Assembly: GCA_049510745.1 (NCBI GenBank)
Contig: JBEKYR010000011.1
Span: 32,001 to 96,000, forward strand
DNA: 64,000 bases
Origin: Verrucomicrobiota bacterium
GTDB lineage: Bacteria > Verrucomicrobiota > Verrucomicrobiia > Limisphaerales > Palsa-1400
Direction: 5' to 3'
A model generated the notes under the pieces. It saw only the letters and a list, made by a program, of their open reading frames with translations. It did not search any database and was not told the DNA's origin. Within the stretch, counting starts at the first letter, position 1. Every line of letters begins with the position of its first letter. This document shows, piece by piece, positions 37,674 to 47,276 of this stretch. A program made the translations under genes and the position numbers.

Positions 37674-37952
37674 ATGTCCAACCCAACCCGGAATCGTTCT
37701 TGGATAGCCTATTTTTCCGTAGGTGTCGTGCTGGTCCTAATGGGTTTGACATGGCTGTCAAGCTATCTGCGAAGCGGTTCATTTGTTACTATTATGAACT
37801 CATTGAGGATTGTCCATGAAGGAGCAGAAGCCGTCGTTCTAATTGCAATGGCGTTCTCATTTGGAACACTTCTCCTCGTTTTAGCGAGACGATTGTTCTG
37901 TCGAATCGACGAAGAAAGGAAAGAGAGAAGCACAGATGCAAAACATCTTTGA
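37674..37952 (+). CDS. Small two-TM hypothetical protein
   Basis: Two hydrophobic segments; AT-richer DNA; start uncertain. Confidence 0.5.
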   Translation: MSNPTRNRSWIAYFSVGVVLVLMGLTWLSSYLRSGSFVTIMNSLRIVHEGAEAVVLIAMAFSFGTLLLVLARRLFCRIDEERKERSTDAKHL

Positions 37953-38319
37953 TTCGCGTTACGGCTACGTATTCATAACACTTATCTTATATATGGCTAG
38001 CTGGGCGATGGCGTCTGGGATTTCGACCGCGGCGCTTGTAGTAGTGAGGAGACGTCCTGAGGAAGACCTTACTCCGCACTGGCTCAATGGGCTGGGAGGA
38101 ACACGCCTCGCATATTGTGCCAGTGCGGTTTGTATATCTTCATCTGTCTCTCAACTTATTTGGGGTATTGTTTATCTGAAATGGTATATACTTGTGATCG
38201 CGGGGTTTTTTGGTCTAGGAGGTTCAGGTCCTCTGCTAACTTACTCTTCTACTGCCAATTTAATTAGGCTCGGGCCGCCGCTTTTAGTTCTAATAAACGC
38301 AATCCTTTGGAGTTTATAG
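37936..38319 (+). CDS. Small multi-TM hypothetical protein
   Basis: 127 aa, 3-4 hydrophobic segments; AT-richer DNA. Confidence 0.55.
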   Translation: MQNIFDSRYGYVFITLILYMASWAMASGISTAALVVVRRRPEEDLTPHWLNGLGGTRLAYCASAVCISSSVSQLIWGIVYLKWYILVIAGFFGLGGSGPLLTYSSTANLIRLGPPLLVLINAILWSL

Positions 38320-38400
38320 TGAACGGGTCAGTCCCGCATAATCACATATTTCATTGACATCACGGCTTTTCCGGGGCGGTCTATCCCGTCAGGTATTCCC

Positions 38401-39441
38401 TCAATACCCATTGACCACGTCGATTAACTGCCGCAGGCGGCCGTATTGGCGGCGGTCGAATCCGAAGGCGATGCGCGGCAGGTCCACCTGGTCGTTGTCC
38501 TCCCGCTCTTCCGGGGTCGCTTCGATGGCCCGGAATTTCTCGCCGAGGATGATCCCCTCGAAGTCGTCGTTGAGCGCGTCGATGGCGGATTGCGAGGGCG
38601 CGTGTTTGAGGCGCAGGACGAGCAAATCCTTCACCATCCGGCTGGAATGGTAGTTGCGGTAAAAGCGGGTGATGATGCGGACGGCGTGGGTGGCGTTGTC
38701 GGCAATCTGATAGAGGCGCAAATCATCGGGTGAAATCAATTGCGCGCGTAGGAGGTGTTCGCGGACGTTCTTGTCCCAAGTTTTCCAATAGGTGCCTCCG
38801 GGGCGGTCGAGCAGCACGAGCGGGACCAGGCGCCCTTTGCCCGTTTGCATGAGGGTCAGGGCCTCGAACCCCTCGTCCATGGTTCCGAAGCCGCCCGGGA
38901 ACAGCACAATGGCGTCGGAATGGCGGATGAAGGTGAGCTTGCGGGTGAAGAAGTATTTGAAGGAAATGAGCTTGTTGTTCTTGTCAATAATCGGGTTGGC
39001 GGCTTGTTCGGAGGGCAGTTCGATGTTGGCGCCGAAACTCATCTCCGGCCCCGCTCCCTCGTGGCCCGCCTGCATGATGCCCGGCCCGGCGCCGGTGATG
39101 ACCATGAAGCCCTCGGCGGAAATTCTGCGCGCGAAATCCACCGCCTCCAGGTACTCCTGGCGCGTGGGCAGCGTGCGGGCGGAGCCGAAGATGGTCACTT
39201 TCGGCTTGTCGTCGTAGGGGGCGAAGAGCCGGAAGGCGTGGCGCAGTTCCCGCACGGCGCCGCGGATGATGCGGGTGTCGCCGCGGTCTTTCACGTCGGT
39301 CAACAGCTTGAGGGCGTTGATCATGATGTCTTCGACCAAATCCGCGTTATGGCCCCCGCCCTTGTCCGCGATCAATTCCTGGATGCGCCGGCGAATCACC
39401 GGGTCAATCTGGCTTTTTTCCGACTTTTCCACGTTGGGCAA
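38401..39441 (-). CDS. LOG family protein (TIGR00730-like nucleotide-binding)
   Basis: TIFGSAR, ITGAGPGIM, FKYFFTRK, FPGGFGTMDE. Confidence 0.92.
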   Translation of the reverse strand: MPNVEKSEKSQIDPVIRRRIQELIADKGGGHNADLVEDIMINALKLLTDVKDRGDTRIIRGAVRELRHAFRLFAPYDDKPKVTIFGSARTLPTRQEYLEAVDFARRISAEGFMVITGAGPGIMQAGHEGAGPEMSFGANIELPSEQAANPIIDKNNKLISFKYFFTRKLTFIRHSDAIVLFPGGFGTMDEGFEALTLMQTGKGRLVPLVLLDRPGGTYWKTWDKNVREHLLRAQLISPDDLRLYQIADNATHAVRIITRFYRNYHSSRMVKDLLVLRLKHAPSQSAIDALNDDFEGIILGEKFRAIEATPEEREDNDQVDLPRIAFGFDRRQYGRLRQLIDVVNGY

Positions 39442-39538
39442 CTATGCCGTTGCGCCCGCCGTGCAACAAGCCTTAATCTGGCGGCAGGCCAGGAGCGGAT
39501 TGCCCCCAAATCCATCCGGCCATAAAGTAGCGTGCTGA

Positions 39539-42370
39539 ATGAAAACGGATTACAAAAACACGTTGAACCTGCCGCAAACCGGCTTCGCCATGAAAGCCGA
39601 TTTGGTGGCCCGCGAGCCGCAACGCCTCCAGCAATGGGAGCGCGCCCGGCTCTATCAGACACTCCAGGCCCGCCGGGCGGGCGCGGAACGATTTGTCCTG
39701 CACGACGGGCCTCCCTTCGCCAACGGCGACGTGCATATCGGCACCGCCCTGAACAAAATTCTCAAGGACATCATTGTCAAATACCACAGTCTGCGCGGCC
39801 GGGACGCGCCTTACGTGCCCGGCTGGGATTGTCACGGCCTGCCCATCGAGTTCAAGGTTTCCCAGGAGATGCGCAAGGCGGGCCGGAGCACGGCGGACCC
39901 GGCGGCCCTCCGCACCGCTTGCGAGGCTGACGCCCGGCAATTCATCGCCAAACAGCGGACCCAGTTCAAACGCCTCGGCGTTCTTGGCGATTGGGAAAAT
40001 CCCTATCTCACGTTGAACAAGGAATACGAGGCCGACGAACTCCGCTTGTTTGCCGACATCGTCGAGAAGGGCTTTGTGTATCGCGGCAAAAAGCCGGTCT
40101 ATTGGAGCATCCCGGCGCGGACGGCGCTGGCCGAGGCGGAGGTCGAGTACCACGACCATACCAGCCAGAGCATTTATGTGAAATTCCCGGTGGCCGGGCA
40201 GCCGGGGACTTTTGTGCTCATCTGGACGACCACGCCTTGGACGCTGCCGGCGAACCTGGCTGTGGCCTATCATTCCAGCCTTGCCTACTCGCTGGTGCGG
40301 GTGGGCGCGGAGGAGTATTGGATGCTCTCGGCGCTGGCGCCGGCGGTGGCGGAGAAATGCGGCTGGCGGGATACCCGAATCGTTCGCACCGCGCGCGGGA
40401 GCGAGTTGGCCGCCCTCGAGTATCAACACCCCTTTTGCCCCCGCAAGGGCCGCCTCCTGGCCGGCGACGCTTTTGTCGATAGCGCCACCGGCACCGGTTT
40501 TGTCCATATCGCGCCCGGACACGGGTTGGACGACTACAATCTGGGGCGCCAGCACGGGCTGCCGATCTATTCGCCGGTCGATGACGACGGCTGTTTTTGC
40601 TGGACGGAGGACCTGCCGGCGGAACAGCAGATGCCGCGGGAACTGGTCGGCAAATCCATTTTGGAAAAGCACGGCAAAAGCGACGCCAACGTCGCGGTGC
40701 TGCACGAATTGCGGACGCGGGGGGCCCTGTTGCACGAGGAGAATTACCAACACAGCTACCCGTATTGCTGGCGCAGCAAGACGCCGATCATCTTTCGCGC
40801 CATGGACCAGTGGTTTTTCAATCTGGCGCAGCCCTTTGGCGGCCAGCCCTTCCGCCAGGCCGCGCTGGAGGAGATCGGCCGCGTGGCCTGGGTGCCGGAT
40901 TGGGCGGTCAACCGCATCAAAAGCGCGGTCGAAACCCGCCCGGACTGGTGCATCTCGCGGCAGCGGGCCTGGGGCGTGCCGCTCCCGGCTTTTTACGACA
41001 GCGAGGGCCGCGCCATTCTGGACGCCGCCATCGTCCGCCGCGTCGCGGACCTGGTCGAGCGGCACGGCTCGAATGTCTGGTTCGAGAAATCGGCCGCCGA
41101 GCTTTGGTCCTCTGTCAAACCTAACGATTGGAGCGGCCCGGAAGCGGCGGCCAAATCCAATGACACCCTCGATGTCTGGATCGATTCCGGCTCCTCGTCG
41201 CGGGCCGTCTTGATGCGCCGGCCGGAATTATGGCACGGCGCCGCGGCGGCGTGGCGGGCGGACGTTTACCTGGAAGGCAGCGACCAGCATCGCGGCTGGT
41301 TCCAATCCTCCCTCCTGCTCTCCCTGGCGGGCAACGGCGCGGCCCCCTACCGCACCGTGCTGACCCACGGCTTCATGGTGGATGCCGACCGCGAAAAAAT
41401 TTCCAAGAGCAAGCACGGCGGTTACGAGAAACCGCAGACCGCCGAAGCCTACGTCAAAAAATACGGCGCGGACGTTCTGCGGCTGTGGGTCGCCTCGCAG
41501 GATTATCGCAACGACATCGTCGTGAGCGAGGAACGCATCAACAAAGTCAGCGAGACCTATCGCGGCATCCGCAACGCCCTGCGTTATCAGCTCTCCAATC
41601 TTTACGATTTCGACCCCGCCAAGGACGCGGTGCCGGACGCGGCGCTGAGCGGGGTGGACCGCTGGATTCTGGCGCGCTTTTCCAAACTCGAAGCCGAGGT
41701 CGCCGCGGCCTACGACCGCTACGAATTCCACGTCGTTTATCAGAAGGTCAGCCAGTTCGCCGCCGTCGAGTTGTCGGCCATTTATCACGATGTGGTCAAG
41801 GATCGGCTTTACACGGAGGCGGCCGGGGCGCCGCGCCGGCGCTCGACGCAAACGGTGCTTTATCGGCTGGCGCGCGGGTTGTGCGCGGCGCTCTCGCCCA
41901 TCCTGGTCTTCACGGCGGACGAAGCCTGGGAGTTTCTTCCCGGCTCCGGCGGCGAATCCGTTCATCTGGCCGTGTGGGAGCCGTCGAGCTTCGCCTGGTC
42001 GGAGGCGGAGGAGGCGCGGTGGGGGAAGCTCTTCGAAATCCGCGAGCTGGCGCTGCCGCAGTTGGAGAAGGAGCGTCAAGCCAAAAATATCGGCAAAGCC
42101 CTTGAAGCCAGGGTGATCGTCCGCGGTTCGGCTAAAGTTCTGGCCCCGTTGTCCGATAACGATGGAGAGGCATTGAGAGAATTATTGAACGTGTCCCAGT
42201 TGCTCTGGCAAGACCAAGCGGACGCGACCGACTTGACGATTGAGGTGTCCAAGGCCGGCGGCCTGAAATGCGGGCGGTGCTGGCATTGGGAACCGGATGT
42301 CGGCGCGGACGCCGGGCACCCGACCCTTTGCGCGCGTTGCGTCGCGGCGGTGCGGCGATGCGTCAAGTAG
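39539..42370 (+). CDS. ileS: Isoleucine--tRNA ligase
   Basis: HDGPPFANGDVHIGT, GWDCHGLP, WTTTPWT, WCISRQR, EGSDQHRGWF, KISKS, C-terminal Zn finger. Confidence 0.98.
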   Translation: MKTDYKNTLNLPQTGFAMKADLVAREPQRLQQWERARLYQTLQARRAGAERFVLHDGPPFANGDVHIGTALNKILKDIIVKYHSLRGRDAPYVPGWDCHGLPIEFKVSQEMRKAGRSTADPAALRTACEADARQFIAKQRTQFKRLGVLGDWENPYLTLNKEYEADELRLFADIVEKGFVYRGKKPVYWSIPARTALAEAEVEYHDHTSQSIYVKFPVAGQPGTFVLIWTTTPWTLPANLAVAYHSSLAYSLVRVGAEEYWMLSALAPAVAEKCGWRDTRIVRTARGSELAALEYQHPFCPRKGRLLAGDAFVDSATGTGFVHIAPGHGLDDYNLGRQHGLPIYSPVDDDGCFCWTEDLPAEQQMPRELVGKSILEKHGKSDANVAVLHELRTRGALLHEENYQHSYPYCWRSKTPIIFRAMDQWFFNLAQPFGGQPFRQAALEEIGRVAWVPDWAVNRIKSAVETRPDWCISRQRAWGVPLPAFYDSEGRAILDAAIVRRVADLVERHGSNVWFEKSAAELWSSVKPNDWSGPEAAAKSNDTLDVWIDSGSSSRAVLMRRPELWHGAAAAWRADVYLEGSDQHRGWFQSSLLLSLAGNGAAPYRTVLTHGFMVDADREKISKSKHGGYEKPQTAEAYVKKYGADVLRLWVASQDYRNDIVVSEERINKVSETYRGIRNALRYQLSNLYDFDPAKDAVPDAALSGVDRWILARFSKLEAEVAAAYDRYEFHVVYQKVSQFAAVELSAIYHDVVKDRLYTEAAGAPRRRSTQTVLYRLARGLCAALSPILVFTADEAWEFLPGSGGESVHLAVWEPSSFAWSEAEEARWGKLFEIRELALPQLEKERQAKNIGKALEARVIVRGSAKVLAPLSDNDGEALRELLNVSQLLWQDQADATDLTIEVSKAGGLKCGRCWHWEPDVGADAGHPTLCARCVAAVRRCVK

Positions 42371-42373
42371 CGG

Positions 42374-45160
42374 ATGAAGCCTTCCCCCTTCAGCACCCCT
42401 GTCCGCGCCTTGCTGCTGGCGGCGTTGTATGTGATCGGCGGACTGCTGGGCAAGGCCTCCTCGTTCATGTCGGGCGAGGTCGCGCTGGTCTGGCCGCCGG
42501 CGGGGATCGCGCTGGCGGCGATTCTGTTGTTCGGCTACCGGATGTGGTGGGGAGTGGCGGCGGGGGCCTTGCTCTTTACCTTGGTGCGCGGCACGCCCTT
42601 TGGCTTTTTCACCGTCGCCACCGCCGTGGGCAACACGATGGGCGCGATCCTCTGCGCTTATCTCTTGGAACGCTTTGTCGGGTTCCGCAATTCCATGGAA
42701 CGCGCCAGGGACGCGGCGGGCTTCATTTTTTTCGCCTGTCTGCTCGGCACGACCGTCAATGCCGCCTTCAATGGGCTGGGGTTGTACGACGCGGGACGGC
42801 TGCCGTTTGACGAACTGTTCCCCAACATCCTGACTTGGTGGGTGCCCAACGCGATGGGCGTCCTGGTGGTCGCTCCCATCATCCTGGCCTGGTGTACTCC
42901 CAATTCGCTGCGCCTGGATTGGCGCGGCGGCGTGGAGGCCGTTTGCTGCGGCCTGGGCCTGATCGCGGGGACCCAGCTTTCTTTTAACTCGTGGTTTGCC
43001 TACGGCGTCGAGAATTATCCGCTGGCCTATTTGCCGTATCCCTTCCTGGTTTGGGCCGCCTTGCGCTTCGGCCAGCGCGGCGCCACCACCGGCACGCTGG
43101 TCGTGGCGGCGCTGTCCATCCACGAATTGCTCCACCATCGCGGCCCGTTCTATGCGGGCAACGATAAAACCAGCCTCATGCTCATCGGCTGTTACATCGC
43201 CATTGTCGCCGTGGGCGATCTCCTTTTGGCCGCCGTGTCGATCGAACGCGAAGTGGCCGTGCATGACACGCGGGAGAGCGAGAGCCGGTATCGCGGAGTG
43301 GTCGAGGACCAGACCGATTTGATTTGCCGGTTCACCCCGGACGGCACGCTGGTGTTTGTCAACCAGGCCTACTGCCGGTTTCAGGGCAAGACGCGCGAGC
43401 AACTCCTGGGGACCAACTTCTTTCCCGCCCTGGCCGAGCAGGACCGCGAAATCCCCCTGCTGCAATTCGCCCGTCTGACCCCGTCGGACCCCATCCAGGC
43501 CTTTGACAACAAAGTCCTGCTGGGCAACGGCAAACTGGTCTGGCAGCAATGCACCGTGCGCGCCCTCTTTGACGAGGCCGGCCAGATCACGGAATTTCAG
43601 GCCGTGATGGAGGACATTACGCGGCGCAAGGAATCCGAGGAGGCCTTGCGCCTGGGCGAGGAACGCTCCCGCGCCATTCTCCATAGCATGGTCGATGGCG
43701 TCATCGTGCTGGACGACCGGGGGGCGGTGACGCTGTTCAATCCGGCGGCGGAGCGGATTTTCCAGCGCCCGGCCAGCCAGGTGCTCAACCTGAGCATCCG
43801 CAATCTGTTCGCGCCGGACGAGTGGCAGAAGTACGACGATTACCTGGCCGGGCATCTGGGGGAGAATCCGCCCAAAGTCATCGAAGTCAACGCCCTGCGC
43901 GCCAACGGCAGCCTCCTGCCCATCGACCTGGCGGTGAGCGAAATCTCCCGCGGCGGCGTGCTCATGCTCATTGTCATCGTGCGCGACATCTCCGAGCGCC
44001 GCAAGCTGGAGGAGCAGTACCGTCAAGCACAAAAAATGGAGGCCGTCGGGCGCCTGGCCGGGGGCATCGCGCACGATTTCAACAACCTCATGCAGGCCAT
44101 CCTGGGTTACAGCAATTTGCTCGACCGCCGCCTGGCGCCGGGCGACCCCAATCACGAGACGGTCGAGCACATTCAAAAATCGCTGGCCCACGCCACTTCG
44201 CTCACCCGGCAATTGCTGGCCTTCAGCCGCAAGCAGGTGCTCAAGCCCAAGCTGCTCGCCTTGAACAGCGTGGTCGCAGACATGACCCACCTGTTGCAGC
44301 GCGTCCTGGGCGAAACGATCCAGTTGGAAATGAAGCTGGCCGAGCCGGTCCCCTGGATTCGGGCCGACCCCGGCCAAATGGAGCAATTGATCTTGAATCT
44401 CGCCATCAACGCCCGCGATGCCATGTCCCAGGGCGGCACCCTGGGCATCGAGACGAGCAACCTCACTTTTACCGAGCCGAAGACCTTTTCCTCCGGCCGC
44501 CTGCCGCCCGGTTCCTACGCCCTGTTGAGCATTTCGGACACCGGCTGCGGCATGTCGCCCGAAGTCCAGGCCCATTTGTTCGAACCGTTCTTCACCACCA
44601 AGGAAACCGGCAAGGGCACCGGCCTGGGCCTGTCCAACGTCTATGGCGTTGTCAAACAAACAGGCGGCGAAATCACCGTCACCACCGCTCCCGGCCTGGG
44701 CACCACCTTCAACATCTATCTGCCCCGCTTTGATGGCCGCGCGCCCGAGGAAGAATCGACCCACCTGACCCACGCCTCCGGGGGCGGCCACGAAACCATC
44801 CTGCTGGTCGAGGACGAGGAGTTGGTCCGCATGATGCTCCTGGAAGTCTTGAAAGCCGCCGGTTACAACGTCCTTGACGCCCGCCAAGGCGCCGACGCCC
44901 TCGTTCTGGCCGGGCAGCACACGGGGCCGATCGACCTGTTGATCACGGACATGACCATGCCCGGTTTCAGCGGCTCGGAACTGGCCCGGCGCCTGACGGA
45001 AAAGCGGCCCGACATGCGCGTCCTGTTCATCTCCGGCTACACCGACCAGGAGGCGGCGCAATGGGGCAAGCTCAACCAGCCCGTGCAATTCCTGCAAAAG
45101 CCCTTTCATCCCGACGCCCTCCTGGCCAAGGCGCGCGGCATCCTGGACCGCAAGAAATGA
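42374..45160 (+). CDS. Hybrid sensor kinase MASE1-PAS-PAS-HisKA-HATPase-REC
   Basis: VWPPAGIALA, WAALRFG (MASE1), two [23 protein letters not shown]. Confidence 0.95.
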   Translation: MKPSPFSTPVRALLLAALYVIGGLLGKASSFMSGEVALVWPPAGIALAAILLFGYRMWWGVAAGALLFTLVRGTPFGFFTVATAVGNTMGAILCAYLLERFVGFRNSMERARDAAGFIFFACLLGTTVNAAFNGLGLYDAGRLPFDELFPNILTWWVPNAMGVLVVAPIILAWCTPNSLRLDWRGGVEAVCCGLGLIAGTQLSFNSWFAYGVENYPLAYLPYPFLVWAALRFGQRGATTGTLVVAALSIHELLHHRGPFYAGNDKTSLMLIGCYIAIVAVGDLLLAAVSIEREVAVHDTRESESRYRGVVEDQTDLICRFTPDGTLVFVNQAYCRFQGKTREQLLGTNFFPALAEQDREIPLLQFARLTPSDPIQAFDNKVLLGNGKLVWQQCTVRALFDEAGQITEFQAVMEDITRRKESEEALRLGEERSRAILHSMVDGVIVLDDRGAVTLFNPAAERIFQRPASQVLNLSIRNLFAPDEWQKYDDYLAGHLGENPPKVIEVNALRANGSLLPIDLAVSEISRGGVLMLIVIVRDISERRKLEEQYRQAQKMEAVGRLAGGIAHDFNNLMQAILGYSNLLDRRLAPGDPNHETVEHIQKSLAHATSLTRQLLAFSRKQVLKPKLLALNSVVADMTHLLQRVLGETIQLEMKLAEPVPWIRADPGQMEQLILNLAINARDAMSQGGTLGIETSNLTFTEPKTFSSGRLPPGSYALLSISDTGCGMSPEVQAHLFEPFFTTKETGKGTGLGLSNVYGVVKQTGGEITVTTAPGLGTTFNIYLPRFDGRAPEEESTHLTHASGGGHETILLVEDEELVRMMLLEVLKAAGYNVLDARQGADALVLAGQHTGPIDLLITDMTMPGFSGSELARRLTEKRPDMRVLFISGYTDQEAAQWGKLNQPVQFLQKPFHPDALLAKARGILDRKK

Positions 45161-45240
45161 CGGACTGCCGGGGAATCGTTGCAGGCAAGACAAAGCTGAT
45201 AAGGCTTGAAAGCTGGCCAACCTCAAAATATATTGTCTGC

Positions 45241-45657
45241 GTGACGGCTGACATTTCAGATTATCTAAGCTTGGTGAACGAATGCCAGATTACCGAGATG
45301 CAGAAGGCGGGGCAAGACCTCATCCCTGACGCGGTCGGTTCATTGGAGGTCTTTTCGGAGCACGTGCGAAATGTGGAAGCGGCGTTAATCCACACCTATC
45401 AGATCACCGCGTTCGTGGCCGTACGTGAGCCGGACCCGCAACACGCCGCAAAACATTGGAAGGAAATGGTCAGAATTTGCGAGAGAGCATTAACGGCCAC
45501 AAAAGAACTCAGGGACAAATTCCCTAATTGCCGCACGCCCGAATTGTACGATCTGGCGCTGGACTACATGCTTGAGGCTCAAAAACGATTTCACGAAAAC
45601 CTACAGGATTCAGAATGTCCCAGCCCACCGGAGGGATTATTCCCGAAGACGCCCTGA
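45241..45657 (+). CDS. Hypothetical helical protein
   Basis: Protein-like composition in an AT-richer patch; GTG start assumed. Confidence 0.55.
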   Translation: MTADISDYLSLVNECQITEMQKAGQDLIPDAVGSLEVFSEHVRNVEAALIHTYQITAFVAVREPDPQHAAKHWKEMVRICERALTATKELRDKFPNCRTPELYDLALDYMLEAQKRFHENLQDSECPSPPEGLFPKTP

Positions 45658-45881
45658 GCCGTCTGACGGAACTATTTACGCAAGTTGAAGGCGCCTCCAA
45701 ACCGCTCTCCAGAGCGTGTCGGGAAGCGGAATTTGAGTTCAATTCTCTGGTCGAGAAAATCCATGCCGAAATCGTTCAGCCTCGGTTCTCTTCCGTCACG
45801 CTGACGCAGTTCCGCAGCCAGACCAGAAGATACTGCAGGGCAAGAGCCTCAAAAGAGAGCCCGCCGTTCCCCTGCGTTTAG
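45615..45881 (+). CDS. Small hypothetical protein
   Basis: 88 aa; AGGA RBS-like motif upstream; overlaps preceding gene. Confidence 0.5.
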   Translation: MSQPTGGIIPEDALSRLTELFTQVEGASKPLSRACREAEFEFNSLVEKIHAEIVQPRFSSVTLTQFRSQTRRYCRARASKESPPFPCV

Positions 45882-45935
45882 ACAAAACCTCTCTCAGCCC
45901 GGTCCAAAATTGACAATTATATTCTTAAGCCGGTT

Positions 45936-46184
45936 TTGCTGGAGATTTTGGACGACCGCCACGGCCAAAGCGCCACGCTGATCACCAGCCAGTTTCCCGT
46001 CAGCCAATGGCACGAGTTGATCAACGACGCCGCCGTGGCCGACGCCGTTCTGGATCGATTGGTCCACAACGCTTATCGCCTCAAACTCAAAGGTGAGTCA
46101 TTGCGTAAGACCATCGCCGTCCCGGATATCCCCGGTTCTTCAAGCGCTGCGCTCATTCCAATCCATCGCTCTCCGTCCAGATGA
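45936..46184 (+). pseudogene. istB: IS21-family IstB ATPase C-terminal fragment
   Basis: LEILDDRH...[13 protein letters not shown]...[24 protein letters not shown]; no Walker A and no istA. Confidence 0.88.
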
Positions 46185-46205
46185 AATGGATCAGAAGGGT
46201 ACTCG

Positions 46206-46781
46206 TCAATAAACAAAATAATACCAATGTGGCTGGATTTGTGCCGCTATTCGGCGCTCGGCAAACGAACCCTGTGGAATCCGATCTCCGGAGCAATAAA
46301 TGTAACCGGCAGAGTGTGCTGGAAAGCCGCGGATATCGGTATCGAATTCCACGACGAGAATATTGGAAGTCTTTTGCGCCCACACGGCTTCACACAGGCG
46401 CGCCGTGGCCTGTTCCGGGGGAATGTGAACAACGTTCGTGGAAACAGGTATCGCGTTTGTTTCTATGCGATGAACAAGTGCCTCGTAACTGGGGAAGCGC
46501 CATCGAAAAAGGGCGGCGGAGATCGGCCAGGACATAAAAATCGACGCAACCGGCAGCGCAAGAACGAAGACCAGAGGGACAAATCCGCGCCACCCAATTC
46601 GCCGACGTTCGTCCTCGGCGCGAAAAATTGGAAAACATGCCAGAATGCATGCGGCCAGAAACACGGGCACGGAAAGCTCCAGGAATAGCCTTGTTGCGTC
46701 GCAGGCATGTGACCAATAGGCAACAAGGCCAACGCACGAAATCGACGCCATCCCCAAGGCTGCTTTTCCAGAGCGTGACAT
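46206..46781 (-). CDS. Hypothetical membrane protein (about 3 TM plus soluble C-domain)
   Basis: Hydrophobic N-half; GYIYC...HWYYF C-terminus. Confidence 0.55.
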   Translation of the reverse strand: MSRSGKAALGMASISCVGLVAYWSHACDATRLFLELSVPVFLAACILACFPIFRAEDERRRIGWRGFVPLVFVLALPVASIFMSWPISAALFRWRFPSYEALVHRIETNAIPVSTNVVHIPPEQATARLCEAVWAQKTSNILVVEFDTDIRGFPAHSAGYIYCSGDRIPQGSFAERRIAAQIQPHWYYFVY

Positions 46782-46989
46782 AAAACCGTTTGGACATAGA
46801 CTTAGCGGCCCGCCTCGGCGAGTCAAGTCAAGGCTCACATGCGCTCCCTCCGGCCCTTTATTGGTTCCCTTGAATTTCGACGCTTCTTCACCGCAAAACT
46901 TTAGTGCGCCGAAAAATACCCGGATCCGGCGACAGCGACCGGTGACGAAAAACCTCACAAGTGCCACCACCGTCAGAGGGCTCAAGCCC

Positions 46990-47185
46990 TCTTCAATTAC
47001 CAATTTTCAATTTTCAATTCCAAATTTTCAATGCCGTTCCAGAAATCCCAGTCAAGGCGGGTCAAGGTTGGTCAAGCGCTCTTCAATTCCCATTTTTCAA
47101 TGGCCTTCCAGGGCGCTGGGGCCAAGCCCGTCAAGGTCAGCGGAAGCCGGAACTTCCTCCTTCCTCCTTCTGCCTTCTTCCTTCT
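46990..47185. repeat. Cluster of short tandem repeats (TTTTCAA, GTCAAG, TTCCT/CCTTC)
   Basis: CAATTTTCAATTTTCAATTCCAAATTTTCAAT; GTCAAG x3 at 10-bp spacing; TTCCTCCTTCCTCCTTCTGCCTTCTTCCTTC. Confidence 0.7.
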
Positions 47186-47276
47186 GTTCAGCCATCTTTC
47201 ATGGACAAAAGGCACGCGGGAGCCGATAGTCCGGAAGCCGTATGAGCAACGCACGAAAGCCTGAAGCAGCAACTCC

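Noticed and set aside
39730..41410. IleRS HIGT/KISKS signature variants as a resistance determinant
   Set aside because: Such motif variation is common in class I synthetases; nothing in the sequence supports a special function
42182..45226. 1014-aa antisense ORF and similar long shadows (164-2101, 26428-28428, 49630-51591, 55796-58588)
   Set aside because: They lie opposite well-supported genes, lack motifs, and are expected in high-GC DNA
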